Assembly: GCA_021613535.1 (NCBI GenBank)
Contig: CP075495.1
Span: forward strand, 9,300,001-9,364,000
Direction: 5' to 3'
Source: Adineta vaga
Taxonomy: Eukaryota > Animalia > Rotifera
Length of the DNA stretch: 64,000 nucleotides
The stretch's first letter is position 1. Every line of letters starts with the position of its first letter. Below the pieces are notes generated by a model. The model was not told where the DNA came from and made no database searches. It saw nothing but the letters and a program-made list of their open reading frames with translations. Shown here piece after piece: positions 60,515 to 64,000 of this stretch. Both the position numbers and the translations under genes were made by a program.

Positions 60515-63500
60515 ATGGTGAGAAAAGGATTAACAATCAAATCTTTTCTATGATATGAAATATGTTTTTATAATAGGCCTTGCAAACGAATGGTTACAAA
60601 CCCAATTTTCGAAATAATCAGATCCATTCGTTAGGTGATTATGTACGACGAAATGTATGATATATTTTCTTTTTTGTTCAATCGAAAAAAATTTTCACGT
60701 TTACTTTGTTCTATAGAATCTTATATGGCGTGAACAACATTATGCAAATGGACAACATGATCTAGAATGGCATCAATATTTACGACGACAAGCGGATCTA
60801 CCAATTGAACGTTCTGTTCCTTATGGTAAACGACGACGATCACGAGGACAAAAGCCAACCCAAGGAGCAATGATATCTGATGATGGAGATCTTGGAATTA
60901 GTAAAGTCGATTTTACTTCACCACCAGTTACTCTAACATGGCTTAATCTACAAGCAAAAGCACCACCGAAAGATAAAGGTCTAAAACGGACAATAACTAA
61001 AGCACTTTGTCCATCGAAAGAAGTTGGACAATCGAAAATGTTATTGAAGGGAGGTAAGTGATCGTAAAAAGACGAGAGTCTATGTTTTTTTTTGTACAAA
61101 ATTCAATATTTGATCTGATTTAGTAAATGGTATTGTCAAACCAGGACAATTACTTGCAATAATGGGCGCCAGTGGTGCGGGAAAAACAACATTATTGAAT
61201 ATTTTAACACAACGTCGACCTGGTAATTTGAAAGTAACTGGTGACATAAGGGTAAATGGAACAAATATGGGTCGAAATATTAATCGAGTATCAGGTTATG
61301 TTCAACAAGAAGAATTGTTCATACCATCAATGACAACACGAGAACATTTACATTTTCATGTAAGATTCAATGATCAATGACTTATTCTTTTCGTAATTAT
61401 TTTTGTTCTTTTATTTTAGGCAATGTTACGACTAAATCGTGATGTTTCAAAACAACAACGTGTTGGTCGTGTCGATGAATTACTTGAATTTGTAAGACAA
61501 AATCAAATAGTACTATTTGCTTATTTTACCTTTTTTTCATAGCTCAATTTAAAAAAAGTAGAAAAAACAGTCATTGGTGAACCCGGTCGTATAAAAGGTC
61601 TATCAGGTGGTGAAAAACGACGTTTATTATTTGCTTCTGAAGTATGATAACTATATTGATCGCATAGTATTCTATATTTTTTCTTCTGAAAATATAGGTT
61701 ATGACTGATCCACCATTATTGTTTGCTGATGAAGTAAATATTCTTTTTGTTAAAGATTTGATTCTAAATCTTTTGGTTTTATTTTTAGCCAACATCTGGC
61801 CTTGATGGAAGTATGGCATTTGTGATATGCGATGCAATGCGTAAATTATGTAATCAAGGAAAAACTATTGTTTGCACAATTCATCAACCGTCCAGTGAAA
61901 TTTTCGAACTATTCGATACGTAAGTTTATTTCATGTAATGTTTTTGTTGACTTTCGAAGAATTTGACTTTTTCAGACTGTATTTATTGGCCGAAGGTCGT
62001 GTTGCTTATTTTGGATCAAGAAAGAAAGCACAGAACTTTTTTAGTAGGTAAGTTAATGGTATTATATTTTTTTTATCGATATTTATATTAAAGAAGAACA
62101 ATCAGTATGATTAAATATCTCTATTTAGTTTGGGTTATGATGCACCAGGCAATTATAATTTATCTGATTTTTATATACAAACATTGGCAGTTTTACCTTT
62201 CGATAGAGAAGCATCACTTGAACGAGTTGAAGTAAGTCAAAATAGTCTTGAATTATACTCTTGATTTTTACATGTTGATGCTATTAGCATATCTGTGATG
62301 AATATGAAAAATCTCCACTCTATGCTCAATATGTTAGCGAAGCTGAACAATATCATGCGATTGATGATAATCAAACAAGTTCATCGGGTGGAATATTTAA
62401 TCGTTCATCTAAGTTTGTATTGACAAAAAACAGTGATCATAATTTTTGAACTGTATTCTATAGATTTAAAGTTGGCTTTTTTCGTCAACTTATCTGGTTA
62501 TTATGGCGTTCATCGATTGATACATTTCGTAATCCATTTGAATTACGTTTACGTTTAGTCATATCACTCATTCTTGGCGTCTTGGTCTTCTCTTCTTACG
62601 TTTAGAATATAACCAACAAGCATTTCAAAATGTATCAGCTATTATATTTATGTTAATCATTAATATTTCATTTTCAACTGTTCAAAAGAATGCTGATGTA
62701 ATATCTAATCAAAATTTAGTCTAATTAATTAGAAAATTCTCTCTTTTAGAGTATAAATCGGCAATTGACATTGTTTCTCAAAGAACATGATGATGGAATT
62801 TATCATACTGTAGCTTATTATGCTGCACGAATGGTTTTAGAATTACCAACAAATGCAGTCTCCATATTTATGTTAGGAACTATTGTGTATTGGATGGCAA
62901 ATTTATATGATAATGCTCGAAGATATTTTATTTTACAAGGTATTCTAATCTTATGTGGTTCAGTTTCAGTTTCTGTTGGTAAGTGTTATCAGATAGTTAC
63001 AAAAAAAAGTTTCTTTTCTGTTGCTTGTAGGAACTCTTATTGGAGTATTGATGCCCACTCCTGAAGCAGCTGGAGCATTAGTTGTGCCAGTTGTTCTTCC
63101 GTTACTGGTCTTTGCTGGATTTTTTATAAGTGCTAAGTATATTCGAATGAATGATTGATTCAAAAAAGTAATTATTCGACTTTTTCTCTTTTCTAGAACA
63201 ATACCTAATTGGTTGGTTTGGATCAAATATATATCATGGCTTTATTATTCGAATGAAATGGCTTTAGTTAATCAATGGGAAGATGTTACATCACTAGATT
63301 GTGATGTTTCAGCCAATAGTACATGTTTTAAAAATGGTACTGATGTTCTGAATTATTATGGTTTTAAACGAGTATGTTGAAATAAAAAAAAAACGTTCAT
63401 TATGTTCAGAATTTGGATTGTTTTGTATCGATATTTTAGAGTAATTACGATCGTAATTTGGGCTTACTTTTTGCTCTATTTGGTGTGGCTCAAACTTTAA

Positions 63501-63550
63501 GCTTTGTTATATTAGTATTACGAGCAAAATTTCAACGAACAGTTGGATAA
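60515..63550 (+). CDS. white: white-like ABCG half transporter
   Basis: Walker [10 protein letters not shown]; GYVQQ; signature LSGGEKRR; FADEPTSGLD; CTIHQPSS; ABC2 membrane domain; [16 protein letters not shown]. Many short introns. TAA at 63548-63550. Apparent frameshift near 62580. Confidence 0.9.
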
Positions 63551-64000
63551 ATCGATACTTCATACAATGTACTTTGATGTTTTAATACGAATATAAATAT
63601 AACTATTTTTCTTTTATATTGTATAAAAATGTTTTTTTTTATGATTAGTTATATTATGATCACAATCTTTTGTAAAGATTGCTCTTTTTTATGCATGAAA
63701 AAAAGTATGTCTCATATTTTGATAATTCATACATCGTCTCAAGTCGCTCTCTCTCGTTTTTTTTTCTTCCGTTATTTTCATTTTTATGAATATCGAAAAT
63801 GTTTATATAAATGGATATACGCGTAAACGAATCAGTCTTCATCTTTCACGTAATATTCTTCTTTTTTCTGTCACATCGATTTGCATTATATCTTGCCTTG
63901 AGCTTGCCTATGTATGAAGAGAGTGATGATGATCATCATCATCTGACCGTTAGATATATCTCACTCATGACGAAGGAAAAAGTAAATGCAAGCTTATTAC

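Noticed and set aside
6550-62590. Programmed -1 ribosomal frameshifting as the explanation for the four frame breaks
   Set aside because: I saw no shared slippery heptamer or downstream structure; sequencing deletion is simpler.
1-64000. CRISPR arrays, rRNA, tRNA or prokaryotic operons
   Set aside because: None seen; the window consists of intron-containing eukaryotic genes.

Overview
AT-rich, gene-dense eukaryotic (metazoan) DNA with many 49-65 bp GT-AG introns, microsatellites and divergent intronless GPCRs. This style fits a bdelloid rotifer (inference only). Manual splicing gives about 16 genes: a GPCR 3' end, a plant/fungal-type RING-H2-vWA ligase, a secreted Cys-rich membrane protein, a secreted DsbA-like protein, Robo, a Selenoprotein-P N-domain homologue, adducin, a ~3,000-aa nested gene, SMYD, KLHDC10, a divergent cyclin T, UTX/KDM6, NR2C (TR2/TR4), a second GPCR, a small membrane protein and a white-type ABCG transporter. 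There is also one internally deleted Harbinger transposon. Main observations: (1) the adducin gene carries a ~9.2-kb same-strand ORF for an unknown repeat protein inside its 11.4-kb intron, plus short candidate alternative 3' exons, one of them WH2-like; (2) the UTX JmjC domain has Tyr in place of its third iron-ligand His and two substituted 2-oxoglutarate-binding residues, and it sits head-to-head with a divergent cyclin T; (3) the SelP-like protein lacks its UxxC motif; (4) four genes each need one extra base to stay in frame, probably because of deletion-type assembly errors. All homology calls come from remembered motifs, not database searches.
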